A stretch of DNA of 63,272 nt, counting the filler, from Octopus bimaculoides (Eukaryota): NCBI RefSeq assembly GCF_001194135.2. It is 5 parts of 5 records of this genome, joined end to end, with 100 filler letters (N's around TTAATTAATTAA, not from the genome) between each part and the next. Parts side by side here need not be neighbours in the genome. Positions count along the whole stretch, not along the records: positions 1 to 28,834 come from NC_068984.1; 4 more parts are not named here. One strand, given 5' to 3'. The notes under the pieces are model-generated. The model ran no database searches, was not told the DNA's origin, and saw only the letters and a list, made by a program, of their open reading frames with translations. Shown here one piece after another: positions 12,540 to 27,183 of the stretch. The position numbers were made by a program, and so were the translations under genes. Positions within the stretch are counted from its first letter, which is position 1; the number at the start of each line of letters is the position of its first letter.

Positions 12540-13480
12540 ATTGTTGTTTCGGGTGACCTTTCATCGAAAGAGAGACATGATACTATATCAATCGGTGGCA
12601 GCGCTTCAGAGCAACGACAGGCTCACGGTAATTGCTAAAAGAGAGCTGGTTATGTTTGTGAAATCCTTAACAATAATCCTTTTTAAAGTCATCATCGGTG
12701 ACGCTCGTTATTCTATCACTATAAATGTTATAAGAAATGTCACTTATTTTGATCACTGAAATAGCAAATGCTTTGAAGCTGATGAAGATAGTAAAGCCTG
12801 AGGAAATTATGACGTAGCAATAGAAATTTTTATGAGCGGATGAAAGCAGCAGTGAACCACCCTCCGTCTGCAATACATTCCTTACTTGCAAGAAGAAAGA
12901 TACACATGATGTGGAATGAGTAAAATGTTATCTTACTTTATAAAGCGGGGATGAAATCTATGAAACCATTGCCCAAAATGACTCTTATACTGAGTCACAA
13001 AGTCCATCACTTATTCAATCTAACACCTGTTCTAGAATAAGCGAAAACATATAAACGGTCTCTTTGTGTCACCTTCGTTGATTTGATGGTGTATTGGTGA
13101 ATGCAATGCTGCAGTGCCTGGAGATGCAAAGATCTGAGGAGCAAAACATCAAGCTGCTTTATGACGAATTTCAGGCTTGACCACTGATTATATTTTTACT
13201 ATCGTTCCTCACAAGAATTCCACTCTGGAAGGCCCTTAGACAAGCATAGCCTATCTTCTCAAAATTCTTTATTACACCTCTCGAAATGGTGTTTTAGACG
13301 GGAAATATAGCATGAACAGCAAGGCCAAGCAACTAGCATACAATTTGAGACGAGGCTGTGCTCATTGCAAAAGAAAGTCGCATCAGCTGTAGAAACCATA
13401 CCGACAGTGCTGGACACCCAGAGTTCAGCCGTAGGCCTCATAATAGCCCTCACTAATATAAGATACACATGTTCCGGAAA
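12540..13480 (+). mobile_element. Highly degraded RTE-like LINE (endonuclease and RT remnants)
   Basis: Fragmentary motifs: GD (gggtgac ~12551), SDH-like (tttgatcac ~12748), LCVTFVD (ctttgtgtcaccttcgttgat ~13062), VGLII (gtaggcctcataata ~13431); multiple stops and frameshifts. Confidence 0.4.
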
Positions 13481-14675
13481 CATAGAAAAGTGGAGTGAAA
13501 ATTATTTTTATGTGTTTCATTCTGTTGTTGGCACTGAGTTTCATCCCCAGGAAGTGTTTAGTACTTATTTTTAAAATCATTTTAAAATTATAGCCTTAAA
13601 ATTTGATATGTGTATGTGTGTGTGTGAAAGTATATGTCTGTGCAATAAAACTCAAATGTTGCTTCAATGTAGCTAAAAATTCTCATTTCTTGCATATCAC
13701 TGCCGCCCTGAATTCAACGTGTCTTAAAAATATTCTACTTTGAATTGCAACAGTCACAAACATATGTGTTTTTATACAAATCAAAAACCAGCTATCCTCG
13801 TTTTTGATATATTTGTTATGAAGATAACTTGAAAATAATCTTTAAAATATTCAAATGAAGAAATCCTTATTTCTATTTAAAGAAAACACATGCTGTTTTA
13901 ATCGCTACTTTTAGTTTTCTTTCTGTGTATTGGCAAACTTATATGAGAAACTGTTTATCCCAGATGCTTTACAATCTGAGTTCAAATCCCGTCAATATCA
14001 ACTTTCATCCTCCTGCGGTCAATAACTTGAAGAATGACCAATACGCTATGGTTGTGCAATCAGCCGTACATGTACCAGTGTTATATATCAATGTGAAATA
14101 TCCTTAAATGAAGTTGTTACATGAAAGGAAAAAAAATGTTTGATGTATCTTAATATTGTTATATTTAACGTCATATTTAAAATAGACATAATTCTAATGA
14201 GATGTATCTTTTTTTGTTTATAGTATATAACCTTAATACATTATATATAAAATAATATCACGTATATCAAGATAGAAAAAGAATGGTCAGTCGATCATGT
14301 GATTCATTCTACATTAATAGTATTAATTTCATTGTCTCCAAAGCGAACGATATTCAGATGTTGTCGTAAGAAGTGATATTTCATTTTTAAAAGTCTTAGA
14401 AGTTTAGTGTTGTTGCGACTACATTACATATATAGTTAGTGATGTTATAGAGCCGGAAAATTTTATTATGATCTATTATTTAAAATGAAAGACTTCAAAT
14501 GAAGCGAAAGTGAAAGAACAAAGATATCCCCGGGATATTATGAGATTGGCATTCTTTCACATTTCGTTGCACACTACACAGTGCTAGTGGTAATTATATT
14601 CCACGAGGTCAGAATTTCTTATTCTAAAATTATTTTTGATAACCGCAGCATGGTTTATGGACCAACACTCTTTCT

Positions 14676-14676
<1 letters not shown>

Positions 14677-14715
<39 letters not shown>

Positions 14716-14762
14716 TAATAATAATAATGACGACAGCGACGATGATGAAATTAATAACAATA
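14677..14762. repeat. (AAT)n microsatellite with GAC/GAT variants
   Basis: Directly visible. Confidence 0.9.
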
Positions 14763-16388
14763 ATATTAATAATGTTAACACAGATTTCAAACGCCTTGTT
14801 ATTGTATAAGATATATACTCAGTGTAATCATATATTTCATTGTAAATATATGTATAAATACGAACCCCATAGATAGTTACATAAGTATTAATCATGTATA
14901 TGTGTGTGAATATATTGGCGGTATTTCCTTCAGAAATATAAGACGTACAATACATGCCTAAGGTATATAAGTAAATTCAAATAAAATACAGATTTTCACA
15001 TAGTCTATAACTTTTATGATCGAATAATTGAAAGAAAGTGTGCGTATGTTGTATGTACCATACATAGCTTTGATATTTAAGATTCGACAGCATTTCTGAG
15101 TTCATATTTATAATGATAAGTTCTTCAGGTTTAAGGAATTTTCACTTAATGCAATGTAATCCATTAGGAATTGAATCATTAGACGTAAATTCATTCGAAA
15201 TCACACTATCGATTTCACAAGGTATACATTATATAATATAACTTATCGACGGTTAAAACAATTTCTTGCATCGGAAAATCTAGATGTGAATAGATTAACA
15301 CTTTTATTGTTAACATTTCTTAATTCGACTTGCGTCCTGCCCCGAACTTACTGGCCTTGTGCCAAACTTTTTAACCAATATTTCTTATTTCTAGGTAGCA
15401 GGCTATCATAACTTTTAGCACTGTGGAGAAGATACTTGGCGGCATTTTGTCAGTCTTTAGGGACGAAATGCACGAAGCCTTTTCTTCGGCATGCTAACGG
15501 GCTCGGACCTATATACACTTTGAGCATTCATCGACAATATGAGTCTTCAAAGACAGTTGCTCCTATAAATTCTAATATAAAATTTAGGATTTGTGGAGGC
15601 TCAAAGTCGGGAACAAAAACATTACAGTGGAGACATACAAGAAAACCGAACGAAAACTAACATGGAGTAGGATCGTTAGACTAGAACGAGAAGAAAATAG
15701 TGAACGTTCCGGGAAATGTAGAAATATGGGGCGTGTATGTATGTGTGTGGGGGGGTTGTGTGTGTGTGTGTNNNNNNNNNNNNNNNNNNNNNNNNNNNNN
15801 NNNNNNNNNNNNNNNNNNNNNNNNNNNNNNNNNNNNNNNNNNNNNNNNNNNNNNNNNNNNNNNNNNNNNNNNNNNNNNNNNNNNNNNNNNNNNNNNNNNN
15901 NNNNNNNNNNNNNNNNNNNNNNNNNNNNNNNNNNNNNNNNNNNNNNNNNNNNNNNNNNNNNNNNNNNNNNNNNNNNNNNNNNNNNNNNNNNNNNNNNNNN
16001 NNNNNNNNNNNNNNNNNNTCAGCATTCACAAATCATTTTCGTGTAATACGACAAAACAGAGAATTTGTCTGACTTTCATAACGATTTTGTGACAAAATAT
16101 AATTGACAACTTCAAATGACTACATACATTACTGACAGATTTTAATTTCTTATCAATTTTTCTTCGAAGATTTAATTTTCAGTTTCGTGTGAACCATGTC
16201 TTCGGTAATATCGTTTGTAAACTCTTTCGTCAAAAGCTAATCTAGTATTTCGAATAATAACATGGATAATATAAATAGGTAACCATATTAGTCTTAAATT
16301 GTCATGGCTTTTCTTGATTGAAAATACTCGCTCTGTAACATTAACAAGAAATTATTTTCAAAAAGAATTGGATTGTTAGTACAGAAGT

Positions 16389-16472
16389 GTATTGTAGAAC
16401 TACATTTGTGTATTGTAGAACTACATTTGTGTATAGTAGAACAACATTTATGTATTGTAGAACTACTTTTGT
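16389..16472. repeat. 21-bp minisatellite x4 (gtattgtagaactacatttgt)
   Basis: Four consecutive units; explains the STIHKCS repeats in ORF 16294..16506. Confidence 0.9.
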
Positions 16473-18329
16473 AACCATTGCATGTTTTCCAGCGTGTTTC
16501 AGACATTAAAAGGCAAAAGGCAGTTAACTATTTCTGAGGTTGTAAATGTTTCATCGCTGTTTGACTTGCAGAAGACAAGTTGAAAGTTTAAAATAGCATA
16601 GAAAAACTGTTATATAATAATATGGAAAAAAAAAATTTCCAACGATTTCCAAAAATTACTATTTAACGTGTATAAAGTCACATACGTTTTATATTACTAT
16701 AAACGTCATATATAATTCGGTCTCAATAGACTGCGGGTAGTAATGTGGGTATATTTCTGTTTCTGGATGTGAATGATTACTATGGAATGTGTACTTATGG
16801 AAGCGACAACCAGGATAATATTTGTGAAATTTTGATTTTTAGAGACATATGATTACACTATAACTTTACATATAGCCCATCAAATATAATATGTTTAATG
16901 CTATCGTGAACGAAATCCAGCTATTCATAATAATTTCCTCTTCTTAGACATAAAGAAATTGAAGGATACATATAAACGAATATATATTTTCTCACCTAAA
17001 TACATGTGTGTGTGTCTGGGATTAATGTGTGTGGTGTCTGTGCGGGTGGTGTTTGTGTGTGTGATTGAATTAAATCTTGCAAAATATAAAATGATATATC
17101 TTCTTGAAGATATAACAGCTAATATGGATATTTTTTTAATATCTGCACAGTTTAGTACTCTGGCTTCGAGTAGATTTAAATGTTTCACCTTATATAAATA
17201 CATGCATTTATCCGCCCATAAATAAAAAATAAACTCATACACCTCTATTCGACAACTATATTTACCGTTTCTATAATTTTCCCAAATACATGACAAATCA
17301 GATTGACAAAATTAATCTGGAATGAAGTAATTGAATACAATGTAGAAGAGGAACATTGCTATTTACTTGGTTCGCATGAAGGAAATGAATCACATAAAGT
17401 GTAACACATTTGAATAAATGTACATAAAATATAGTTTGTTAAAAGAGAGGCAACACTTGAGATGATGATGAAAAAATAGCCATCTAGTTTACATTTCGTT
17501 GGGTTCTAAACTACAGAAACTTTAAACAAAATAAAGACAAGAAATTCGTCGAATTTTTTCCCCTCATATTTGGATTATAGAAATTCGAGGAAATTTGATT
17601 ATGAGTCTTGTTTGTACTTGAATAAAAGCATCATCCTATTATATTTAAGACGTGATCAGGCAATAAGTTGGAGTAGATATTTATCTTTTTATCCGGATGG
17701 TAATCAGTTCCTATGGTCCATTATAAAGCCTTCAAGACTACTTAAGGCGCGAAGGAAAATGTCTTTAAACCTAATCCAAATGTTTGCAAAATATTGAATG
17801 CTACTAAAGTCAGCAGGCGTGCAAGATGATGGCGTGATATGGACAACGAGTTAAGTCTACTACCGAAGTAAGCCATTGCGGGATTTGAACTCACAACACA
17901 ATAAGTCAGAACAAATACTGCTATGCATCAGTTTCCTGCGTTCCCAAAGTTCTTTTCTTCCACCGATTTTGATGAGTACATGACCATCAATGAAGATGAA
18001 AGCGAACTATTTTTTTTTTTTACCAAAAGTTGCATACAGAGCAAAGAAGTCCGTAACTTCAAGTACCTTGTACTTTATGTTGCAGTAAGAAAATCCTTTT
18101 TTTGATAGGTAATGAACTAACCCGAAGTGTCTGCAATCTTCAAGACCTCTGGTAATCGAGTATTTCAAAGTTAACAATTCTGGAATTCTTTAGGAAATGG
18201 GTATGAAGCATTGTTCTTCACTATAAGTCGAATGTTAGACCAAAGAGGAATTACTATATCGTTTTGTATGCTATGCTTATTATGTAAAAAAAAAAGTATC
18301 CATGACGTATAATGAGGGATCAGAACATT

Positions 18330-18500
18330 TCCTCTTAACGGGACGCCGGTCCGTCGCACGGTTACTTATTTAGAGGTGAAAAGATTGTTGTAGCGTAAGA
18401 TGAAGATTTGGTCAAGAACACAAAGCACTGCGCGGTCCGGAATCGAAACTGCGATTTTGCATGAGTACATCACCCCAACCACTTTGCTACGTGCATTCAC
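18330..18500 (-). mobile_element. Diverged tRNA-derived CORE/V-like SINE
   Basis: Minus strand: gtttcgattcc B-box, ttgtgttcttgacc core (as in 45494-45816), gcgacggaccggcgtcccg 3' part. Confidence 0.55.
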
Positions 18501-19212
18501 GCAAGGTCTCAAAATACAAAATATCTCATGCCATGAAGCTAGATCAAGGATGAGACTTCTGGAAACATTCAGCAGACTTTTTCGATTGTTGTCCACTGCA
18601 GGAGAGACTTTGTTGAGCAATGCTATCGCGTTGAACAGCAGACCACATCAAATGTAGTATGTTGGAGAGCAATCAAGTATGTTGACGTTAATATCAAGGC
18701 ACTGCGTCAAATTGAGAACCTACCAAAGGTAACGGGAACAGAGATTTATGGCATGGAGTTCTGAAATGCATATCGATTACGTCCGCTTGAAGAAGGGATG
18801 AGGAGGCAATAGAAGCAAAAGGAGAAGGAGGATAAAAAGAAAAAAAGAGGAAGAAGAAGAAATAATGATAATAATAAAAGAACAACAGCAACAAGAAGAA
18901 AACGTCAAGAATATTTTCTTCCGTTTGTGAATTAAATACAATTGTATATGCACGTACATACATATATGGACACACGGACATTCATTCATGTATATATGAG
19001 TGCATGAATTATGTATGTATAAGAGATTAAATTTAATTTACAAACGGCAAAGCATTCAAAGCATGTATTGGAATTGTTCCATGGAACATGAAATTTTGCA
19101 GAACATTATTTTTTCATTTCATTGATACATTTTACTTAATGGCAATATATCGTTATACAAAAAAAAAAGTACTGTTTCATTATATTCATCTCATCTAAGA
19201 TTGTACCATGAT

Positions 19213-19342
19213 CAACTATGCCTTCCATGCCAGTAGGGACGATAAAATAAAGAACATGTAATATACTGGGAGTTGATTCAATCGAGCATACATCTCTTCC
19301 TCAATAAATTTATGGGTCTTGTGCCAGTAAAAGAAATCAATA
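19213..19342 (+). mobile_element. SINE family A, old 5'-truncated fragment
   Basis: gccttccat..gataaaataa..ggtcttgtgccagtaaaagaaatcaat resembles core plus tail. Confidence 0.55.
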
Positions 19343-21179
19343 TTTAAATAGCTTAAAATAATAGGTTGCTTTGGCAACAAGTGTTGTATATTCTATTGAT
19401 TAGAGAACCATTTTCTACCCTCTACCTTTGAAAATCGATTGCGCCTTATCCACTATTTACTTTTGAATACATTTCATCTTTCTTCTCCTCACACATGATA
19501 ATGATTATCTAAACTTCTGAACTACGATATTCCTTTGTGAATTCTTCATATAACACCACCACCGTTTTATTATTTCTTCACATAATTTCTCAAATCAAAA
19601 CGAATCTATACTTTACGCTACGTATTTATCGTATTTTTTATTTTATTTTTTCCTTCACTAAATATTTACCGCATGATTTATTAAAGCTATTTATTTAGTG
19701 ATAAATTGTATATCATAACTGCACAGGTTTCCGCTAGTTCTGTGATTCAAAACACAAATATTTACAGTGAATGAGCGATCTGGTTTCAAGTAGTGCATAA
19801 CAGATTAAATCCATTCAACAGTAAAGAAAAGTATAAGTTGTGCTATGATCAAGTTAAGGAGAACAGGAGAGTTATTCTTTGACGAGTGTGTTTATGCTGA
19901 TTTACACATTGAATACATAGAGTATTAAGGTTTCTATATATTCAGATATTTTTCAAAGACAAACGAACTCATTTCTTTTTATATTTTACAGCTTTGTTTA
20001 TAGTTATCGTTTTTCACTGAAAATGCTAATATTCTGCGAGGTCTTATACTTTTAAATTGGCGTATAAGAAGATAGAAAGTTGCAAAGGTATTTTATTCCT
20101 ATCATCACTGTTTTTGCTGCTTTTTTCATTTGTTTTGTTTTAAATGTTTTTTAAATGATTTGATCTGGAGGTAGGAGAAGCAACCGCAGCCTTGCCACCA
20201 ACACCTCTGATCAGTAAAATCGGCGTAGCTGATGTCTGCTTTGAACAATGGAAAACAACATCAGCAGGAAGCTAATTCCCGATAGCTGACATTGAGGTAA
20301 GGAGTACAGACTACAGGAAGTTGTTAATTCGTGATTTGGAGGAGGAAACACTTATCAGCGACGAGAGGTCAGTACAGTAGATCTGATTAGCGATGGGAGA
20401 AGACTAGTCAATTCTTTAGAATCAGAGGTCATTGAAGCCGTGGTAGAAACGGCACAATAAGGAGAAAGCTTGCTTATTGGCTACAGCTTGCTTGGAATTT
20501 ATCAATATTTAGAAATATTATCTGCTTTAATCGATCATACTCAGCACCATTAATGCTTCAGCCATAATCATAGATTTTCCGCATATATTTTCGCATATCA
20601 TAAGTTAGAAATCAATATTCTTTGATGACGTTTTACTTTTAGATTGTTGTTTAAATAGATAAGTGTAAAAGCATTTCCCATTTATCATTATCGTTTGTGT
20701 TTTGTCTTTTTATTGTTCTTTAATATTGTTAGTGCACTATATTAAATGACCTGCAATATTTAGTGGCATGATGCACACTAAAAACATTAAATTAATCCAA
20801 CAGCAAACCATAATTTACGTATTATACAAATACAATTCTAGCGTTACAAAAGACAATGGAGCATACGCCTTAGAAACACATGCCATATAATATGATAATA
20901 AGTGACACGAATGATTTCTTAACCAAAGTGCCATAAACGTTTGAAAAGGAGCGAACGAATCAAACGCTTATCTGTAATTTTATAACCCACGGTGACTTTT
21001 GAACGTGTAGTATATCACGAAATACTACTAGCACTTTGTGATATTCAGTAAGTAGTCTATAAAAAGAGGGATAAGCATTCCATTCGCTCCTCTACTAAGT
21101 GCTTGGGTCATAAGAAATCCCAAAGAAGATAACGCTTCCTTTCTTTGCTTCTTCATAACGAGAAACTTGCCATACGTTT

Positions 21180-21455
21180 TCGAAAGACTAGATCGAAGAA
21201 ACTGTGGTATGTTTATGATAGAATACAGAAGCCTGTCATTTGAAAGTATGTGACATTCAGTTTGAAACGATAAATTATCTGCCTAGAGAATGGACCCTGC
21301 ATCTCATGAATAGACGAAACATGAAGCCCACAAGTTGAGACGTTAGTGAACACGCAAATCTTTGGCTTGTCTCCACATTTATGACACAATACGCTCAGGT
21401 GGTGATAGTAGAGGTGACTCGTACTAGAATATAGCTTTTTTGGAGTCTACAAGAG
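21180..21455 (-). mobile_element. Ancient LINE RT relic
   Basis: Minus strand LVDSKKA (21453-21433), frameshifted QG-SIL (~21300-21285) and an ADD-like region (~21200), in the expected order. Confidence 0.35.
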
Positions 21456-24400
21456 CAGCCAAGTCATAATGACCTCCGAAGAAAGCAATGCCTTCTTGAA
21501 ATTATGTTACTGTATCAACTGGAAAGTGAAGCAGACGAGTGGTGCAGAGTAGAAAGCTCAGATGCTAGACATGCTGTAGTAAAGGCCAGCTGAGGCTACA
21601 CTGTCTTAAGGAAAACGTAAATCGAAGAAGTGGAAACGACAATTTCCTGCATTGACTATCACAAGTGCTATAACTATTGACAATATTGTCTCAGAATCAT
21701 AGGTTGATACTCTGTAGATAGCCAGGTGGAATCAAACAAGACATAAATGACGTCCTTCTTCCTTTGTGCAACCTATACCAGGGCCAAACATGCTCACGCG
21801 GTGTTTAAATATTGCTGCCAACTGAAGACCTCCTGTCATGTTTGCTACTAGCAGCTTTTGATACCAGAATATGGCTCTCCATGAAACGGTTCCAATTGCA
21901 CCGATCAAAATGGTTACCACGCTCATTTTTGATTTCGTGTTGATGAAAGAATTACAGCTTAAAGATTTACTAGTTGTTTTTAAACAAACCTTAAACAGTG
22001 TAGGAATGGAAAATTGATATGTAGTTAGTAACAATAAAATATGATTGATGCTCTCAGGGCAATTGACAGCATTCATTAACTTGATGAGAAGTTATTTTTT
22101 TTTGGCTCTTTCAAATTTGCCAATGTGGAAATATTAAATGTCAGTTTTATTGATTTACATATTAATGTTAAACTCTATTATATTCATTTGTTTCCCAGTA
22201 ATTCATGCCTACCGTAGTCCTTCTACATAGTCTATACTCAATTTTAAATAATTTATATCAACATTAAAGGATATTTTACAGTAGCGTTGTGTTCGACATC
22301 ATAATTCTTTTTTTTAAATAAAGATGATCAAATAAAGATAACAATTTCAACGTACCAAGAGAAACAAATATAAAACACCAATTCAACGATATTTGTAAAA
22401 TAGTAAACATGAATTATATGGAGTTATTTATTTTATAATTTCTCTCTTGTTTTAAAATTTGAAATGGTATGATATATGCAGTTATAGACATACAAAAGAA
22501 CAGGATGGTCACGGTAGGGATGCTTTTGATCTATGATCAGCTCTATCAAAGAAGACTTGCAGCGAAAGGACAACGGCATGAAGAAATTAATATACGGCAG
22601 AAGAAAAAATAATAGTAAGGCTATTATTCGTTATATCACGAGACATACAAGCGTGTTCTACGAACACTATAATAATATTACATTATTTCCGAGAACTGCA
22701 TAATTCCAGTAAATTTGGATTTAGAATAGTTTGCGCTAGAAAGCATGCAAAGAAGATATTCTGCTAAAGTTTTCTCATACACAAATGTAAGTACTTTCGA
22801 ATCCAAATGAATGAATACGATCTTAGATTGTGACATTTGATTTGCCGGCACACTGCCATATCCATACAATATCAAGAAGGATTCACACATAAAACGGGCA
22901 GTGAAGTGTAAATCTAACGTCTAAGAGAACCAGATTTTCATGACCCGATTCTGTATCATACGTTTGTATCATTTGATTTCACTTATATCACTAATAGTAT
23001 TGAGAAAGTTAAAATACCATACAATTTTATTTCTTCTTGTCCACCACAAGCCTAATGCATAATATTTTTTTTAACGTAAACATCGATTGCTTACCTAAAA
23101 CGAAATTGGCGCAAATAAAAACGAGATATATAGACTTCATGCTTGAGATCTATAATTTTAGCAACCCAGTCTTCCACCATATCACGGAATGAAATCAACC
23201 ACTCTAACTTCGTTATTCATTAGTATGAACATATCATGTAAAGAAACTTTTGCCGCAAACCATAATCAGAAAGTTTAAATTTAACGCAGCTGTCAGTGAT
23301 AATTTTCTATCAGGAGAAAATCAACAACCTGATAGATTTAAATCATGTAGCAAGTAATATAATTGAATAGCGGCAGAACAACATTTCGTAACTATTACTA
23401 AACTGTAGGCATTATTTTATATCAGTTGAAGTAGTTTTCGCACTCTTTCTTAGGAATGACACAAAGATGTAGAAACAATTAACATTCTTTTGTACATTAA
23501 AAATACAATTATAAAAAGAAATATATTTATTTTATAATTAAGAAATATTAATTTATGTTACTTAGATGTGAGGCCATGAATGTAGCGTGCTTCTGGTGAA
23601 TTATTTCCCACACAAAATGCAATGAATTGGGTAATTTAAATAAATGCGTCTTATTCATTAATGGGATTTATAATCATTATATGTCATATCGGGAGTTAGA
23701 TTCACTTTCTCCAAATCAATGCAAACCTTGATAATTTGTGGATCTAAAACAACATTGGATACAAAATCGATTCAGTTGTACTGTAATAAATTATTTTTAC
23801 TAAGCCTGAATGAAGACTTTTCAACATAGTTTTTGATTATATTCAGCTGAAATTAAATCCTTATTTTACCAAGTTTCTCTGGCATGGCTTTAAACTACTC
23901 TTTCATAAAGCAAAACAGTAATTAATCTAGTTCGCAACACATCCTATGTTTGTTCCTCAATAATAAATATGTTAATACTTGTTTGAAATTGCTCCAGGAT
24001 CTCATTGATAATTTGCATGCAAACAATAGAATATTGCATGACAGCTTAAATATTTCGGTTAACTAATCTCAGCATTCGTGCATTTGTCTGTTACACTGCG
24101 AACATAATCAGAAACCAAGACGACTGAACTATAGTGGAGCAGACAAATGCATTAAGTATAACATTAATAATCCAAAAGCTTTTAGCTGTTGCGATAATAC
24201 ATAATCTCAAAAATACGAAAATTTATTGAAATTAAACGTATAATTGTTATTATTTACAAATGTAATGTATTTATATAAATATAAATCTATGTAAAATAAT
24301 TTTTTAAATATCCAGTTTCATGTAATGTGCTGATGGGGGAAACTAAATTACAGTTTTACTATTTTCGCTCACATCACTGTATTATTGATTCTTCACTCGT

Positions 24401-24941
24401 ATGACATGGTTGTTGTATCTATATTGTTGACTTTACGACTAATATGTGACAATTATATTACGTTGAAATGATACTTTAAAATTAAAGAAGTTATACGTTT
24501 TGCAAGAAGGATACATATTTAATTCAATCAAGTAAGATCAAACTGATGCTTTGAGCTGTCCGATCTTTCATAATATCTAAGTTACATAAAATTCCTAAAT
24601 GCGAAACCACCTTGTCGATTCAATGCACTAGTAAGTCATCTCTTATCCTTTGACATTAGCCAATGAAATGTATGACTCAATTGTGAAATCAGCATAAAAG
24701 CATGTGTGAAATGGGTATGCGTACAAAAGGGTTAGTGCCGAATATATTTTGAATTTCATCGACTGAAAATATGAAATTAAAATGTTTAGAAGACTAAAAT
24801 GATATGTAGATTCGTTAGAGATTCCCTCGGTAGATTTTGTGGATTATGTATAGTGTTATTACCATCTGAATTGCTATGTACAGATATACGCGCAAAGACA
24901 AGTATTCACGCAAATACATACATATGTGCGTGTGTGTGTGC

Positions 24942-24996
<55 letters not shown>

Positions 24997-26133
24997 AGTG
25001 TGTAGAGGATTCGTTGGACACAATGTGAGACGATTGTTGTTGTCGCTAGGCCTAACTCATCGTAAATCAATACCATAATGCGTAATATCCAGACTACAAT
25101 GGTGAGCAATGGCAAGAAGAATATTGAACAAAACTTTAATAACATTTGATCTGGCAAGTGGGGCCTCATTTCAGTGAGCGGAGTGGGGTCGGTGTACAAT
25201 GATACCGTCACGAGGAAGGCCCCGAAACGGCGCGTATTCCCTCCTGATGACCCATTAAACTTCCTAGCATCCGATATGAGGAGCTTTCAATTAGTAGCAC
25301 TTGCATCTGCATGTTGTTTGCAAAAACGTCTAAGCTGCAAAATATTTTTTTGTCGTTAACTAATAATTATTATTGTTGAGTCGTTTTGGGTTAGGGTTAG
25401 AAACAATAAATATTTGCTTTCACCACTAACATTTTGTGTCCTATATATGTGTGTATGTGTATGTGCGCGCGCATACGTGTATATGTCTGTGCTTGCGTAT
25501 GCATATATATAAATATATATACATGTGTATACATAAGTAAATGGGATGACAAAAGAATAAACGATTATCTTATGAACTTCATTAGCTTACATCAGGTTAT
25601 TAGTATCGTAATGTCCAACATATATATCTTTGTGCGTCTTTGTGCCTGTGTTTGTCGCCGCCATCACTATTTGGCAGCTGGTGCCAGTTTGTTTACATCA
25701 CTGTATCTTTGTGGTTTCAGCAAATAGTGACCGACATAATAAGTAGCAGGCTTTAAAATGTACTGGGGACGATTTGTTCAGCTAAAAACCCTTAAAACAA
25801 TTACAATATAAAAGACACACACACACATAATATATATATATATATATATATATATAAGCATAGTATCTTGCAGCCGAACCAATTGCAAAGTAATGGAGTT
25901 TGTGTCATAATTTGTTGTTCCTCTGACATTTGTATGATCTATTGTATACATATGTGTATGCATGTTGTTTGCTTGGTAATTTGTAATGTTTAAGATTAGG
26001 TGTAATTTATAAGAAACGTAACTGTATTAAATGACATTTCATATAACTAATATCTACTGATTACCTAAGAAATATATTACTAATATATTAAATAACAAAC
26101 AATACATATAGAAGATTATTTCATATGCTTTAC

Positions 26134-26194
26134 CTTGTTGAACTCATCACTTTTTCGGTTGATAAAACTGGGATTAACAGAAATGATATCTTAC
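26134..26194 (-). other. Candidate 61-nt host-gene exon or recursive splice site
   Basis: ttttcttttctttttcttccag|GTAAGA at 26195/26194; downstream donor caag|GTAAAG at 26134/26133; one frame open (xKISFLLIPVLSTEKVMSST). Confidence 0.4.
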
Positions 26195-27138
26195 CTGGAA
26201 GAAAAAGAAAAGAAAAATATTTTAATTATCCTTTATAATCACAAAGTTCAGTAAACTTTTCATATTCTAAACTAATAGAAATAACGATATGAATACATTT
26301 ACAGATTTTACAAAATAGTTTACGTATCCTGTATTGACCTATAATAACATACGTTTGAAAGGCAGTCAACAACACCAACGGAAGAGCTTTTACGCTGTCG
26401 CTAGACAGCTGCCATAGGATAGTTGACTAGAATATTACAGTTACGAGCCATACATTTTAACGCCCAAATAGGACCACAACATGAACAAAAAGTCTCTCTT
26501 TCACGTCACTTGTTTCAGCTTATAGATTGTGTCGTCTACTATACATACACGTAGATAGGGAAAATCTATTCGCACCATATTAACAATATTTAGCCTTATG
26601 TAATATAAAAATACCCAAGTTGCAATTACTTTCATAAAGAATTAAACCAGATGGGGTTATTCTGGAGGGTTTCTTTTCCAGAGAAAATCCACCAAACTGA
26701 GACCATTGGTCTGCAAGTAACATCCATATGATAATTTACATTCAATAAATAAAGTGTGCTCTGTAAACACTAAAGAAGTATATTATCGGAAACATCGACG
26801 TGTAATTATGAAGTTTAAAATGATGAACCCTATCATCAACACTTTCTAGCTATAGACGAACACATTCAACGAAACGTCGTTATTTATCTTTGCAGATCAG
26901 CACACTTGCTAGAGAATCAGCGAGTTGCAACATCTATGTTAACAGCTTCATATATTAACTCTCTGAGAGGCAGTGAATTCCTTTTCTATATACATTTCAA
27001 AAATACGTTTACATTGAATATTATGTCAATATTATGATGATTTGTATTTACGAAGGCAATACTGTATTTTCAACTGAACAATTTCAGGAGAGAAAATATA
27101 TTAAAAAAGTTCAAATTCATAAATTCGATGCAATTCGA

Positions 27139-27183
<45 letters not shown>

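Noticed and set aside
21732-22076. KMSVVTILIGAIGTVS resembling an RLE-LINE C-terminus
   Set aside because: A single short motif without the upstream RHD/PD-E motifs; too weak to call.
25210-25260. GAAACGGCGCGTA followed by CTGATGA (type II hammerhead order)
   Set aside because: Stem III and GUA are present, but there is no stem I hairpin and no stem II complementarity.
25387-25400. gggttagggttag telomere-like repeat
   Set aside because: Only about two units; not distinguishable from chance or a repeat-internal motif.
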